A DNA stretch of 53,145 nt, taken from positions 140,659,836-140,712,980 of the forward strand of contig NC_068983.1 of assembly GCF_001194135.2 (NCBI RefSeq), given 5' to 3'. The translations under genes and the position numbers were made by a program. The notes beneath the pieces were generated by a model. That model was given only the letters and a program-made list of their open reading frames with translations. It was not told where the DNA came from and ran no database searches. Positions 24,500 to 37,100 of this stretch are shown here, piece after piece (the first letter of the stretch is position 1; each line of letters starts with the position of its first letter). The stretch comes from Octopus bimaculoides (lineage: Eukaryota).

Positions 24500-25049
24500 C
24501 AATAGAGTATATAAATAAAAATAGATATGCCGGTTTATGAGATTTCCCTGGTTTTCACGTTGACAAAGCGCTTAGCATTACAGTGTTTCTTCAGACCCTA
24601 AATCCACTGACATATGGCCTTTCTAGCAAGTGGTTTCTCAAGAAAATTTAGGAGGAAAAGATCTCATTACTATATGTCAACAAGGGATTCTCTCTTTTGA
24701 CTCCTATCTGTAATTGACCGTATTGCGTGGTGAATCCCAGGACACCAGTAAGAATTTCCTGAAGTGCAAGCAGGGTCCGAAATATTCCATCCTGGAGTTA
24801 AGGTTGTTCTCTAAGTCGAAGAAGTCTTTTAATATCCTCGTCATTTCGGCTCTGCACAGTTATAATGCTTGCTTCCATTGTTGTAGGGTCCTGGATATCT
24901 AGAATATTCATTGATATTACGTTTGGAGTTCCTTAGTTTTTTAGCTGCCATACATGGCTAGCTAAGGACCAAGCGTATCTTCTCTCCAGTATCCTGAAAA
25001 GGCATTTGTGATTGGAGAGGTGCTGCTTGAATTTTTTTCCGATGTATTT
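24500..25049 (-). mobile_element. Penelope-like element: GIY-YIG endonuclease fragment plus 3' flank
   Basis: YIGKKFKQHLSNHKCLFRILERRYAWSLASHVWQLKN*G..ILD / GPYNNGSKHYNC / RAEMTRIL..NNLNSRMEYFGPCLHFRKFLL, read across frameshifts. Confidence 0.75.
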
Positions 25050-26050
25050 TCGTGTGTGGGTGCTGCCGGTGTTATTTTTGTTGATCTTGATGCTGCTGCT
25101 ACCGCTGTTGCTGGTGCTGATGATTTTGATTATGGCCTCGGCGTTGTTAAAACGGGCGTCGGTGTTCGTGTTGGCACCGATGCCGGTAATGCTGGCGTAG
25201 GAGACATCATATATATTTATACGATTATAAATAAGATCATTTTATTAATACATATATATTTCAAGAAATATATTCTGATGATTTCTTTCTTCTAACATCT
25301 ACAGAATTTCGAAATAAAAAGCCATTGAGGACATTGAAAATAATTACTTCGTTTCAAGATACCTGAGATATTTTAGGCAATATTTTATCTCCATTGTATT
25401 GGGGGTTAGAATCTTGTCTAGAAAAAAACTTCACGGATAAAAAGCAATATTTCTTGCCAGAAAATTCGAATCAGTCAACGCGAGTCATATAATAACTCAA
25501 TATTTCTATCGATTTTATTAACTTATTCCGAGATACTAACAATTTTCTGTTCTGATTTATCTTTGTTACAGTAATTTACACATATTTTAGTCAGTAGACT
25601 ATATATACATACAGATGTGCAAAACGTGAGAATGTTTAATCGAGTGGACACAGCAAAGAGTTAACCAAAGAAATGCAAATATTTTCTGAAGTCTTCAAAT
25701 AGATATTTTTAAAAGACTCACACAATCACACAATAGAATAGTGAACTTTTATTACTCTGCAAGATATTTCTACTTTCGTAGAAAATCTCCATTATATTAG
25801 GTGTCAAGTTCAGATGTCTATATAGCAATACAAACTATTTACATTTAAACTTTCAATAAACGGACGCAATTTCTGAAAATAACATTGACGCACATGGTAA
25901 TAATGTTGATATTAGGCAAACAACGAAAGAATATGTCAAACCGTTAGGCTCATAACTAATACTTTAATGTGTGAATGAAGAAGATTAAAAATATAACAAA
26001 ATACTAACGTTGGGATGGAGGTGATAACACAACAAAGTTTCCACGTACTT

Positions 26051-26100
<50 letters not shown>

Positions 26101-27239
26101 TATATAGCCACTCAATGTGCAATTTCTCCATCTAGCACTTTAGCCCTCTTTCTATGAGTATACATTTATGCACATGTGTCTGCTTGTGTATGGGTAGGAG
26201 GTCGTGTGTGCGTGCGTGTGTGTGCGTGCGTGTGTGTGTGTGTGTTTGTGTACAATTGACGCAGCAAAGGAAACCCCGAGAATCTGTAGCGAAATAATTT
26301 CTATAAACGGCAGACTTTACAATTAAGATTTCAAGATTTTACATTTTTACCCTTTAGAAATTAGTGAGTAGTATTTCTAAGCAATGATTCGACCGCTAAA
26401 AGTACAATGCCACTTTAAATATATGACCTTTTATCTCACCACTAAATATTACATACGAACCTCCAACCACATAGTAAAGCACATCTAAATCGAAATATAC
26501 TTGCGATTTAAAATCTAGGATCATATAGATGCACATGATTTGAAGAATGACTGACCTTTCAGACTTATACAGCAAAGTGGATAAAATATGAAAATGTTGC
26601 TCTGATTGCTTCCTTTTTGTAAAAACTTTGAACGACCACAACTCGTGAGCAGAAACTGGTTCAATTCAATTCAATTCTCAAACATCATTTTAGGTATCTT
26701 TCTTTCGTTTGTTCTACTAAATTTACAAATGTATACAGAAATACACATGTATATGCATGCATATCCTACAATATCACACCAAAAAGAGAACTCCTAATTA
26801 ATTCAGGCTAATTGACCAGAGACAACAGATATAGATAAAAAGTTTAACAGGCTTCCTCGGGGATTTGCAACCCCAGCTCCCAACTAGTGTACAATATAAT
26901 CTTACACCTTCTCTAACACTAATTGCTTACGTTACCCCAGATTAATTAAATGAGACGTTTTTCAGGTCAAAACCGAACCTTCAGAGAAAAGCGATACATA
27001 TATATCATTATAAAACCGAAAGAAAATGCACACTATAAAGCATTAGAGCAGTAATGTATTTTTTAGGAAGTTAAAATGTATGGCCGGTCATAGATTAACC
27101 ATTGGTTTCGCACCTATGAAGCACATAGCAGTATAGGTGACTCGTCAGACTGATAAGGATGAAGGCGCATAACATCTCTACAACTGGATGAAGAGATACG
27201 CAACGGTCATTTGGTTTTCTAAACAAAAATATTTGTCCG

Positions 27240-27517
27240 CTAAATTATGGGGACGTAAACACACCACCATCAGTTGTCAAGCGGTGTTGGCGGGACAAAC
27301 GCAGACACACAAACATATACACACACGTACATATATATACATACATATACATATATACCACGTGCTTCTTTCCATTTCCATGTACCAAATCTACTCACAA
27401 GGCTTTGATCGGCCCGAGGCTATAGTAGAAGACACTTGCTCAAGATGTCATGCAGTGGTAATGGACCAGGAGCCGTGTGGTTGGTAAGCAAGCTACTTAC
27501 CACGCAGCCACTCCTGC
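27240..27517 (-). mobile_element. SINE family A, copy with an intact head
   Basis: Minus strand reads GCAGGAGTGGCTGCGTGGTAAGTAGCTTGCTTACCAACCAC...TTGAGCAAGTGTCTTCTACTATAGCCTCGGGCCGATCAAAGCCTTGTGAGTAGATTTGGTAC, then the internal microsatellite and GCTTGACAACTGATGGTGGTGTGTTTACG. Confidence 0.85.
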
Positions 27518-27827
27518 GACTCTATAATAAATATTTATATCCAGGATTTACTATTAACCTATAAATGCCAAATTATTTATCTTAGTATAAACTGTTATTT
27601 TGATGTAGGTTAGCGTATGTAGATAATTATTTCGTGATTTAGGAGAACTTCTTGTACATTACTATTTTTTCTTTTTTTTTTTTCGTTTCATAAATCTCAA
27701 AATTTATAAAGAAATAACTTGCAATTCTCTTTCTTCTACTAACCAAGTATTTGCCGAATCATATATGCGTGTTTCGGTAAGTGAGTGTGCATGTGTGTAT
27801 ATGTGTTCATATATGTATACTTGTGTA

Positions 27828-27889
<62 letters not shown>

Positions 27890-30423
27890 TGTGTGTGTGT
27901 GAGTGTGTGTAGCTCTGCATGCATCTGCATGACTGTGCGTGTGTGTGTGCGTGTGTCCATATCTGTTTACCCCTGTGATATTCCACAAGAAGGTGTGATA
28001 AGCATTGAATGAACTGATTCATTCTTATTTGTAATACACTCGAATCTGATTAAGTCGTATTCCGAAGATACCTTTACTAAGTAGCTCATGAATATTGATT
28101 TACATGTATTAAATTATATAACTTTAAAAGAGAGTAAATATAGTAGAAAGAATAACCGATCTAGAGGGAGAAGTAACAAAGTGGAAGAGATGTTCGTAGA
28201 GGAACCAGTCCAAACAATTAGGTAATCAGTATGTACGCTATGATTTTCTCGCTTTGACGTAAAATAAAATTATATAAATGTTTTTGCAACTGTAAATGGA
28301 GAAAATAACGCACACTTTGGTGTTTTTCTTTGTGTGTGTGTGTTTGTACTTTTCATATTGTACCTTAGTTATTATGAAGAAGAATTATTTTCCCCCAGTA
28401 ATGCAAGGAATGGTTGTGGGAGGCAGTAATAAAGCAGTGAAGAGTAAAGATAAACCGAATAGTATGTCGTAGAAAGACAAAGGTTGTGAAGATCTAAAGA
28501 TATTTACAGGCAGGCGCAAAATGAAGAAATATCACCTAGGTTATTCATTGTTAAAGTGTAAACATTTTGAATACAGCTATGTTAAATATGACAGTGACAC
28601 TCATTAATACTTGAAGTTAGGAAAATTTATGATATTAAGTGTTTTTCTGTTCCAATGAATTGCGTAAGAACTCGTAATATAAGTTTGCACTACACTCTGT
28701 TGTTATTGCACGAGCGCTTTGGCGAAATAAAAGTTCACAGATATGCTGGGGAAGATGGTGTTGATGTGGAAATGGACGTGTAACTAGTAACAAAAAAGAT
28801 CCGGATGAAGGGAAATGTGTACTTTCTACAACAGAATTATTTGACGGTAACTGTGAGTTATATTGCATTCTAAGTAATATACTGAATTTTTCGATGATCA
28901 TATCTTTCTATGAAATTTATTTACAAAATCACCAAAATGCAAAAAATTCAGTTGCTTTCGGCTCCCGGTCAATAATTAAAATTTCGCTAAACCCTTTGAA
29001 AATGAATGCTTCTTAACCTTGCTGAACATCGGTTTCAATTTCGAAAGGGAGGGTGTTTTTCGTCTTTCAGCATTTTATGCAGTACCAAAGGATGTTACAC
29101 ATATAAAACGCTGTATGTCTCCTTGTTTCAGGGATATCCTGATGAATTGGTGAACGGCTTACGACATTCAAGGGCATAAAGTTGTAGCTGGGAATAAATT
29201 AGCTGAATTGGAGGACTGAAACTCAACTGAATATTCGAAAAAGTTACCTATATTATGATCATTCGCGCCGGTTATCAAACTGCTGGCATTACGAATACAA
29301 CTCAATGCTCAATAAGCACTGTAAATGTTATAAGACGTGATATGGGCAGCTCTAAATGAGACTGGAAAACTGTGATTAGCAGAAAGGGATTCAGTAGGCA
29401 TTCTAACTGCATTTGCACACTGGAAATCATCTCTAAATTGGCTAAGTTCAGGAGACGTCATGAGGCCGTAATGAAACCTGATAGTGCTTTGAGTAACCTG
29501 AGCAGCCATAACCTTGTTGATAGTTTTTGATCTTTTAAAACACTTACATTTTTGGGTGGGATTTCGGTTTCATTTTCCGTTTTCAAACTGACGAATCTAT
29601 TCCGAACAACTTGTATTACCATAAATACATACAAATAATTTCAGTCCAATTGTGTTCTATTTCTACGAAAACTTGCTTAAATGCACTGAATCTTTTAGAT
29701 ATACTTTCCATCCTCCGTAGTCGTTAATTTCTCTACTCCAGTGATCTAATCACCCACACTGCGTTGCCGTAAAGCAAATATAAATATTCTGAGATTTAAA
29801 CAACTTCAAGTTTACAATGTTGCTTCTGTTTCAGACACCGTATCATACGAAATAACTTTATAGACAAATAGAGGTCCCCAATTCACGAATAAGTAAATAG
29901 ACTAACAGCACGAAATCCGTTTATATTTTTTCTTTCACACTTCAGTTCTTATTGTCGGTAGAGAAATGGTTAAAGCATAACATATATAAATATATAATTA
30001 CACAAGATACATTATACGTTGAGATGAGAAACCGTGTCATAGAGTACAAACCAATAATGAAATACAATGCAATACGGTGAAGATATTTTTTCATTAATGA
30101 TAAATTATAAACTGTGAATAATTTCCAGAAGTGTTAATCAAAATTCAAATAGTATATAACATATATATATATATATATTAAAACAAACCATTGTAATTCA
30201 AAAGTACAAACGCATTCAATAATATTGCAGCATTAAAATTAGAAACATTTTAAATACCATTCGCAAACTTTTGTAAGGGCTTTATTTAAGAATTCCTCGC
30301 TTTGCGTTCATTCTGTCGTGCGAAACAGATTTCATTGATATTTTAGATAATTTGAAATATTGATGAACATTTCCACGGTTATAAAATTGTATTAAAACAC
30401 ACACAAACACACTCAAACACGTA

Positions 30424-31317
30424 CGCGGTTTTATCAAAAAGTATCCGGACTGTTTCCATAGTAGTGACGCTAAAGGACACAGAGTAACGCCACTTGGCAC
30501 AGATTGAACCTCCGCTGTGCATGCGTACTAAATCTTAACGTTCTACCTTACTTCCGCTGTTTATTGCAGTGCTTGGAAGTAACGTGTGTAGCGCGTGATC
30601 GTTGCATTGATCATAACACTGAAAGTTGAGCAGAGAATGTGCATCAAATTTTGCCAAAATCTTGGCGATCCCTCCTCAGAGGCTTACACAAAGTTTTCCA
30701 AAAGTTTTCATCGTTCTCGACACAACCAAGGACATCTTATTCAACTGAAACCCGAGTGTCATTTTGGTCAGCTGAAAGCAATCTTGGTACAAACTTGGCA
30801 AACACACGTCTCATACCCAATCTCAGTGATAATGGAATGAACTGAATCGTGACTAATCTGCACATCCTCTTATAACTCACAGATGGTGATTCGACGATTT
30901 CCTGTCATACCTCCACGCACATCTGCAATGTTTTTCTCAGTTCTGCTGGTTGCGGATCTCCCAGAACGTTCGTCAATATCTACATTTTCTCGGCCAGCTT
31001 GGAAAAATCTGAACCACTCGTACTCTTGCGAGCGTCTCATACAGACATCCTGATATGCTTTCTACAACTTTTTGTAGGCCTCTGAGCAGGTATCATCATG
31101 ACCACTTTCTCTGTTATAGTCAATGCGACGAACATACGCTACATACCTTCCTTCCAAGCACAAGCACTGCTATAAACAGCGGGAGTGATCTATAATGTTA
31201 AGACTTAGTGCACATGCATAGCAGAGTTGAGGGCCAATCTGTGCCAAGCGGGTTTACTCTACGTCCTTTAGCTTCTTTACTATGGCAACTATCCGGATAC
31301 TTATTGATCAGATCTCG
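30424..31317. mobile_element. Mariner derivative made of two inward-facing left ends, with TA TSD
   Basis: Ends are TA|CGCGGTTTTATCAAAAAGTATCCGGA and TCCGGATACTTATTGATCAGATCTCG|TA. The + arm encodes EQRMCIKFCQNLG; the - arm encodes SEAYKKL..EWFRFFQAGRENVDIDERSGR...AKFVPRLL...ENDENFWK. There is no catalytic domain. Confidence 0.9.
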
Positions 31318-31589
31318 TATACTTACGAGTATTTTTCCTTCACACGAACGTATGTTTCTATGCTTGTGTGAGAGTTAATGTGTGTGTAAGTAGACATCAT
31401 AAGACCAATGACAACTGCGAATAGTTTTTAAACAACAACGGTCTGAGACTATGAATTTTGGCGTCTTTTTGGCGTCAATTATCTTTTTTTAACACCATTT
31501 CTACTTTTAATTGTGTAGATCATTTTAGTATGTACTTTCCGTTTTTCTACGACCTCATGTATACATTATCACAAATTTTGAAAAATTTT

Positions 31590-32350
31590 AGATAAAGTGT
31601 GTGTTATTTCTTTACTACCCACAAGGGGCCACACAGAGGGGACAAACAATGACAGACAAACGGATTAAGTCGATTATATCGACCCTAGTGCGTAACTGGT
31701 ACTTATTTAATCGACCCCGAAAGGATGAAAAGCAAAGTCGACCTCGGCGGAATTTGAACTCAGAACGTAGCGGCAGACGAAATACCACTAAGCATTTCGC
31801 CCGGTGTGCTAACGTTTTGGCCAGCTCGCCGCCTTGTTAGATAAAGTGTGTGTGTATCTTCATTGGTTCTTATGCCGTAAATACCAATATGATGTAACAG
31901 AGAACTGGTATGAGCATGTACCAAGTAAAGTTATGCAGGAGGATGGAAAAGTAACGATACTCTGGGACTAGTCGGGTGGATACTGTCATATTGAATACGA
32001 AAGAAATGCTGTCAAATTATTGATGTAGCCATAGTAAATGACATGAATGTTGTGAGCAAAGAGGTTGAAAATATCACCAATGGCTCCGAATTGAAAGTGG
32101 AAATAGCAAGACTGTATAGAATGCGAGAAGGTGATGTAAAAGTGATACCAGTGGTGATCGGAGCGTTGGGCTCAATCCCATTGAAACTCCAAGACTTCTT
32201 AAGGCAACTGAAAATACAATGCAAGACTGACGTCTTGCACATATCAGTGCACATCTTAATGAAAGTATTCTCTGTCTGAGGTCCTTGTTGTGACTTGAAA
32301 GATGACCAATGACTCCGGTGCATTTTTTACTGAAACTGTGTTACGAAGGA
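31590..32350 (+). mobile_element. R4/Dong-clade fragment, family C, interrupted by SINE B
   Basis: DKVCVYLHWFLCRKYQYDVTENWYEHVPSKVMQEDGKVTILWD / CQIIDVAIVNDMNVVSKEVENIT...VKVIPVVIGALGSIP..HILMKVFSV*, followed by a 3' UTR and a trinucleotide tail. Confidence 0.85.
31605..31836 (-). mobile_element. SINE family B, full length, with a 17-bp TSD
   Basis: Head GGCGGCGAGCTGGCCAAAACGTTAG and box B GAGTTCAAATTCC. TTAGATAAAGTGTGTGT is duplicated at 31588-31604 and 31837-31853. Confidence 0.92.
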
Positions 32351-32421
<71 letters not shown>

Positions 32422-32478
32422 AATAACAACAACAACAACAACAACAACAACAATAATAATAATAATAATAATAATAAT
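32351..32478. repeat. Compound microsatellite (GAT)n-(GAC)n-(AAC)n-(AAT)n
   Basis: Read directly from the sequence. Confidence 0.95.
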
Positions 32479-33760
32479 ACTCCAGAAGCAAGGAAAACAA
32501 ATACAAATAGCCACAAAACACGAGCAAAACAAAAAACTGTTTTCAGTATTTAAGGAAGCTGACAAATACAAACAAGAAATCATACTACCTAACAAATACG
32601 AAGAAGAAGAAGAAGAAACAACAAAAGCTATAAAACAAATGAANNNNNNNNNNNNNNNNNNNNNNNNNNNNNNNNNNNNNNNNNNNNNNNNNNNNNNNNN
32701 NNNNNNNNNNNNNNNNNNNNNNNNNNNNNNNNNNNNNNNNNNNNNNNNNNNNNNNNNNNNNNNNNNNNNNNNNNNNNNNNNNNNNNNNNNNNNNNNNNNN
32801 NNNNNNNNNNNNNNNNNNNNNNNNNNNNNNNNNNNNNNNNNNNNNNNNNNNNNNNNNNNNNNNNNNNNNNNNNNNNNNNNNNNNNNNNNNNNNNNNNNNN
32901 NNNNNNNNNNNNNNNNNNNNNNNNNNNNNNNNNNNNNNNNNNNNNNNNNNNNNNNNNNNNNNNNNNNNNNNNNNNNNNNNNNNNNNNNNNNNNNNNNNNN
33001 NNNNNNNNNNNNNNNNNNNNNNNNNNNNNNNNNNNNNNNNNNNNNNNNNNNNNNNNNNNNNNNNNNNNNNNNNNNNNNNNNNNNNNNNNNNNNNNNNNNN
33101 NNNNNNNNNNNNNNNNNNNNNNNNNNNNNNNNNNNNNNNNNNNNNNNNNNNNNNNNNNNNNNNNNNNNNNNNNNNNNNNNNNNNNNNNNNNNNNNNNNNN
33201 NNNNNNNNNNNNNNNNNNNNNNNNNNNNNNNNNNNNNNNNNNNNNNNNNNNNNNNNNNNNNNNNNNNNNNNNNNNNNNNNNNNNNNNNNNNNNNNNNNNN
33301 NNNNNNNNNNNNNNNNNNNNNNNNNNNNNNNNNNNNNNNNNNNNNNNNNNNNNNNNNNNNNNNNNNNNNNNNNNNNNNNNNNNNNNNNNNNNNNNNNNNN
33401 NNNNNNNNNNNNNNNNNNNNNNNNNNNNNNNNNNNNNNNNNNNNNNNNNNNNNNNNNNNNNNNNNNNNNNNNNNNNNNNNNNNNNNNGGAATCTAAAAAC
33501 AGAAACAATTCCTATCATAGTAGGTGCTTTAGGTATAATAAAAAAATATTCAGACAGATACATAACAAAAACACCAGGACTTGCAAATATATATAACATA
33601 CAGAAAATTGCACTACTGAGCACTGCACACATCCTACGCAAAACACTTTCAATACAGTAACCATAAGAGCATCACAGCAAAGCACAACACATACCCAAGG
33701 CGCACAGAGCTGCGCTCGGTAGTGAAGTGAAAGCACGTTATAAAAATAAGACTACTGAAC
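32479..33760 (+). mobile_element. R4/Dong-clade element, family B, 5'-truncated, spanning a gap (32644-33488)
   Basis: Before the gap: LQKQGKQIQIATKHEQNKKLFSVFKEADKYKQE. After the gap: NLKTETIPIIVGALGIIKKYSDRYITKTPGLANIYNIQKIALLSTAHILRKTLSIQ*, then a 3' UTR. (AAT)n lies on both sides. That the two sides belong to one element is inferred. Confidence 0.8.

Positions 33761-33838
<78 letters not shown>
33761..33838. repeat. (AAT)n between two R4/Dong fragments
   Basis: Pure AAT run. Confidence 0.95.
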
Positions 33839-33839
<1 letters not shown>

Positions 33840-34165
33840 GCAATCAATGTACGCCACTAGCCCAGAAAGAATATAAGAGACCTCATGACGACATAGCAAG
33901 GATTACCCATTGGACACTTGCAACAAGTATGGTGGACTTGTCAGAGTAAAAATGTGTTACGAACATAAACCCGAAGGCATCATCGAAAATGATAATGCAA
34001 AGATACAATGGGATTTTATGATTTTGTGCGACCATGAGGTAGAGAATATGAAACTAGACATAGTGTTAATTTAGAGAGAAAGCAAACGATGCTGGATCAC
34101 AGATATAGCATGCCCAGCTGTCAACAAGGTAAGCGATAAGAAAGAAAGAAAAGTCGATAGTTTAA
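33839..34165 (+). mobile_element. R4/Dong-clade fragment, family A (end of zinc finger plus REL start), 3' end missing
   Basis: CTPLAQKEYKRPHDDIARITHW...YEHKPEGIIENDNAKIQWDFMILCDHEVENMKLDIVLI*RESKRCWITDIACPAVNK. Positions ~34070-34165 closely match 12494-12590. Confidence 0.88.
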
Positions 34166-37100
34166 AAGTCGTAGGAGTTTAAGTAATAATAAACCTTTGT
34201 AAATATTATAAAAATATTATGAAAATATTCTTGCAAAATAATATCAGTGCTGAAACCGAGAGGAAAATAATATCCTACATGCAATTACGTAATCCAAACT
34301 TTATTATTACCGTTTTTGTTGACAGGTGTACCTACTTTCTAGGAAACCAGAGCAGGTTGTCTAGGAAAGACCAAATAATATGTGGTGTATAGTTCGAGAA
34401 GAAATTATTTATTTGTGAAGAAATTAATTTTGATAAATTAACTTAAAGACGCAGTCACATATTTGAAACACATATCAATTTTGTATTAAAATTACTGCGT
34501 TGACACCATCCGCAAATGTCTATATAACAAATCATAGTCTTTTCATATTCTGCATGTATATCTTATATAACTCTAGTGTACGCAACTATAATTTACCGAA
34601 CGTGGGAAAGAAATGTATGGTATCAATGGCGGTTTTAATGGAGTTTTTCCTTAAATTAGATTTCACCAAATCCATTATATTTGTACTAAATAGGAAATGC
34701 TGGATACTTAATTGTTTTGAGTCTGTTTTCGTTTGTTGTTTGTCAACATTTGTTTGTTGAGATTGTTCGTTATAAACTACTACCGATCTTGCATCACCTC
34801 TTATTTATCACCAAATATTAAACTCAATGAACCTGCAATTACGAAATACCGTCAGCTTCAATCCTCTGATCATCTATTGCAAAGCTTATTCAATCGGAAA
34901 TGAAATTGACGTTCAAAGACGACGCGTTGATGTTGTTGTTTAGACCCAGTTCCATCTTGTGGTATTGACAAATAATCAAAGGCAATTCAGACATATAATT
35001 CTGTCTTTTCATATGTATTCTTAGAGTTTTGAGAAAGTTGTTTACTATTTGACGTATACTGAAGAACCTCGTTGAAGCATTGTCACCGATTCTTCAAGCA
35101 AATATTTCTAACTGTAGAAGAGGTTCACTACTCCAAAACAATTAATAAATTCATCTTTCCCGGTGTTTACATGCTCCCAGTTAGTTACCTTGTTTAACAA
35201 TATATTTCCTGATAAATCGTTTAGTACTATTGATGTAAGTAATGCATGGCACAGTGTCGCCTTACATGCTACTGCCAAGATGGTTATTGCTTTCAACGCC
35301 AAGTCTCAATCGTTTTTCTTTAAACATTTTAATTTCAATATCACGTTTGGAGTGGTACGCTCCAGAAAGTTATATGCAGAAATAATTTAGAATGCACATG
35401 TACTATTTCGGGTAATGTCATCGTATGTAGTAATGCAATCAATACATGAAAAATGCATTTAAAAACGTCAGTTTTGCCTGTATTTCTCTGATACAGAATA
35501 ACGATAAAAGTAAACTTTTAACTGAAAATCTCCACGTCTGGTATATCAAATTAGCTATAATATATTACGTCTGAACCACTAATGTATAAATTGTGGATAA
35601 AAGTGTAACGAATATCAATTACTTAAAATAGATATAACGGATTCTTCAAGAATGCAGCTGAAAATAAAAACGCAGCTCACCTACGGAGTGAAGTGTTATG
35701 ACGCCACCTCCGAGACAACCACAATCAAAATCGTATGCCTGCGGCATTCTTTCCTCAATTATCAAATTACATGGCAGTAAAAAGTGCCTATATAATACTT
35801 AAGGTGTTTAAAAGGGGAAAGCATTCTTTTATAGGCAGGTGATTTTATTTAATTTTTATTATTATTATTATTATTATTTTTGTAGTTAGTAATCAGATGT
35901 CTGTAGTTGATATGTTGAATATAAAAATAAGAATAAAGCAATCAAATATAACACTTGTAGTTTGATTTCAAATAAGCACAAAATTAGAATACCGAAAGAG
36001 TGAAATACCGACAATTCAGAATATTCAATGCCTGAAAGGCCGAAAGTTAATAATATTGATTTTTGAAATATTTTAGAGCAAAATAAGTGGAAAACTATTG
36101 GAAAAAAGAAATAATCATGAATTTAAAAGGGTGAATATGTGGGAAAATGTATTTGACATATATAAAATGTATTACTGAAGAAATAAGAGAAAAGAAAAAG
36201 ACTTTATTCATAAAATATCTTCATCCTCGCATTAGCGAATATTTCACATTTTTGTTTTTACTTTTAGATCATCATTAAATTTAGGAAGCGATCCAAAGAT
36301 CAAATTTTGACAGACTGCAATTGGGATCATATAATAGCCTATCTTGTTTTATATACAATTCTTAGCAGTGAAACTCTAACTTTCCGCCAGACGTACATTC
36401 CTCGTTCCGAGTATTCTTATCTAATCAAACAAATGTTTAATTCATTCATTCATACGTACGTACACACATACATACATACATACATACATACATACCACAG
36501 CTGTTCGTTATATTGGTATTGCATCTAAATTTATGTTCTTAAAACTAGTGGCTAAAATTTTACCGACCCTGCATATATACCTATATGCGCTTGTTATATA
36601 CCTTCGTAAAATCAACTCATCTTGTAATTGGCTTCCTCTTTTTCTTTGTTATCGGTTAGAGGAATGAGTTCTTTTGAGAAGGTGCAACTGTAATAAAAAT
36701 TCCACTTGAGTCAATAATCCAGAGAAGACACTCTTGCAATTAGAGATTTATACTCATTAGAAACTTGACACTTTTAATTTCGTTGTGCATGAGAAGATAC
36801 ATGAAATCCTTACAGATTATCTCGAAGCTCTATTCTGGTTGCTGGTAAATAATTCAAGGAGTAAATTCGTCTTGTTTAATTTCACTTCCATCAGGTAAGA
36901 ATCTAAAAGAAATATTTGCACTTACAAACTTATTTTGAGATAATCTCAGTAATCAGTGTAACCTCATGTCATCTGTACTTACATTTCGTATTTCATAACA
37001 TTTAGAAAATATCGAAGTGAAAATATTATACAACCAACTTTAGATGTTTGTTCTTCTTCCGAAGTTGGGCAGAAGGGAGAAACGGAATGATAACATTGTC

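Noticed and set aside
25008-25295. ORFs rich in Ala/Gly/Val/Asp or Leu on the + strand
   Set aside because: They are the product of a degenerate trinucleotide tract next to the antisense Penelope fragment.
32351-33838. CRISPR-like or coding repeat arrays
   Set aside because: They are simple microsatellites in a eukaryotic context, with no repeat-spacer structure or cas genes anywhere in the window.
34760-35400. Overlapping short ORFs on both strands, including an LRR-like DLSGN
   Set aside because: The frames close after about 60-90 codons and the motif is a single weak match, with no splice or homology support.
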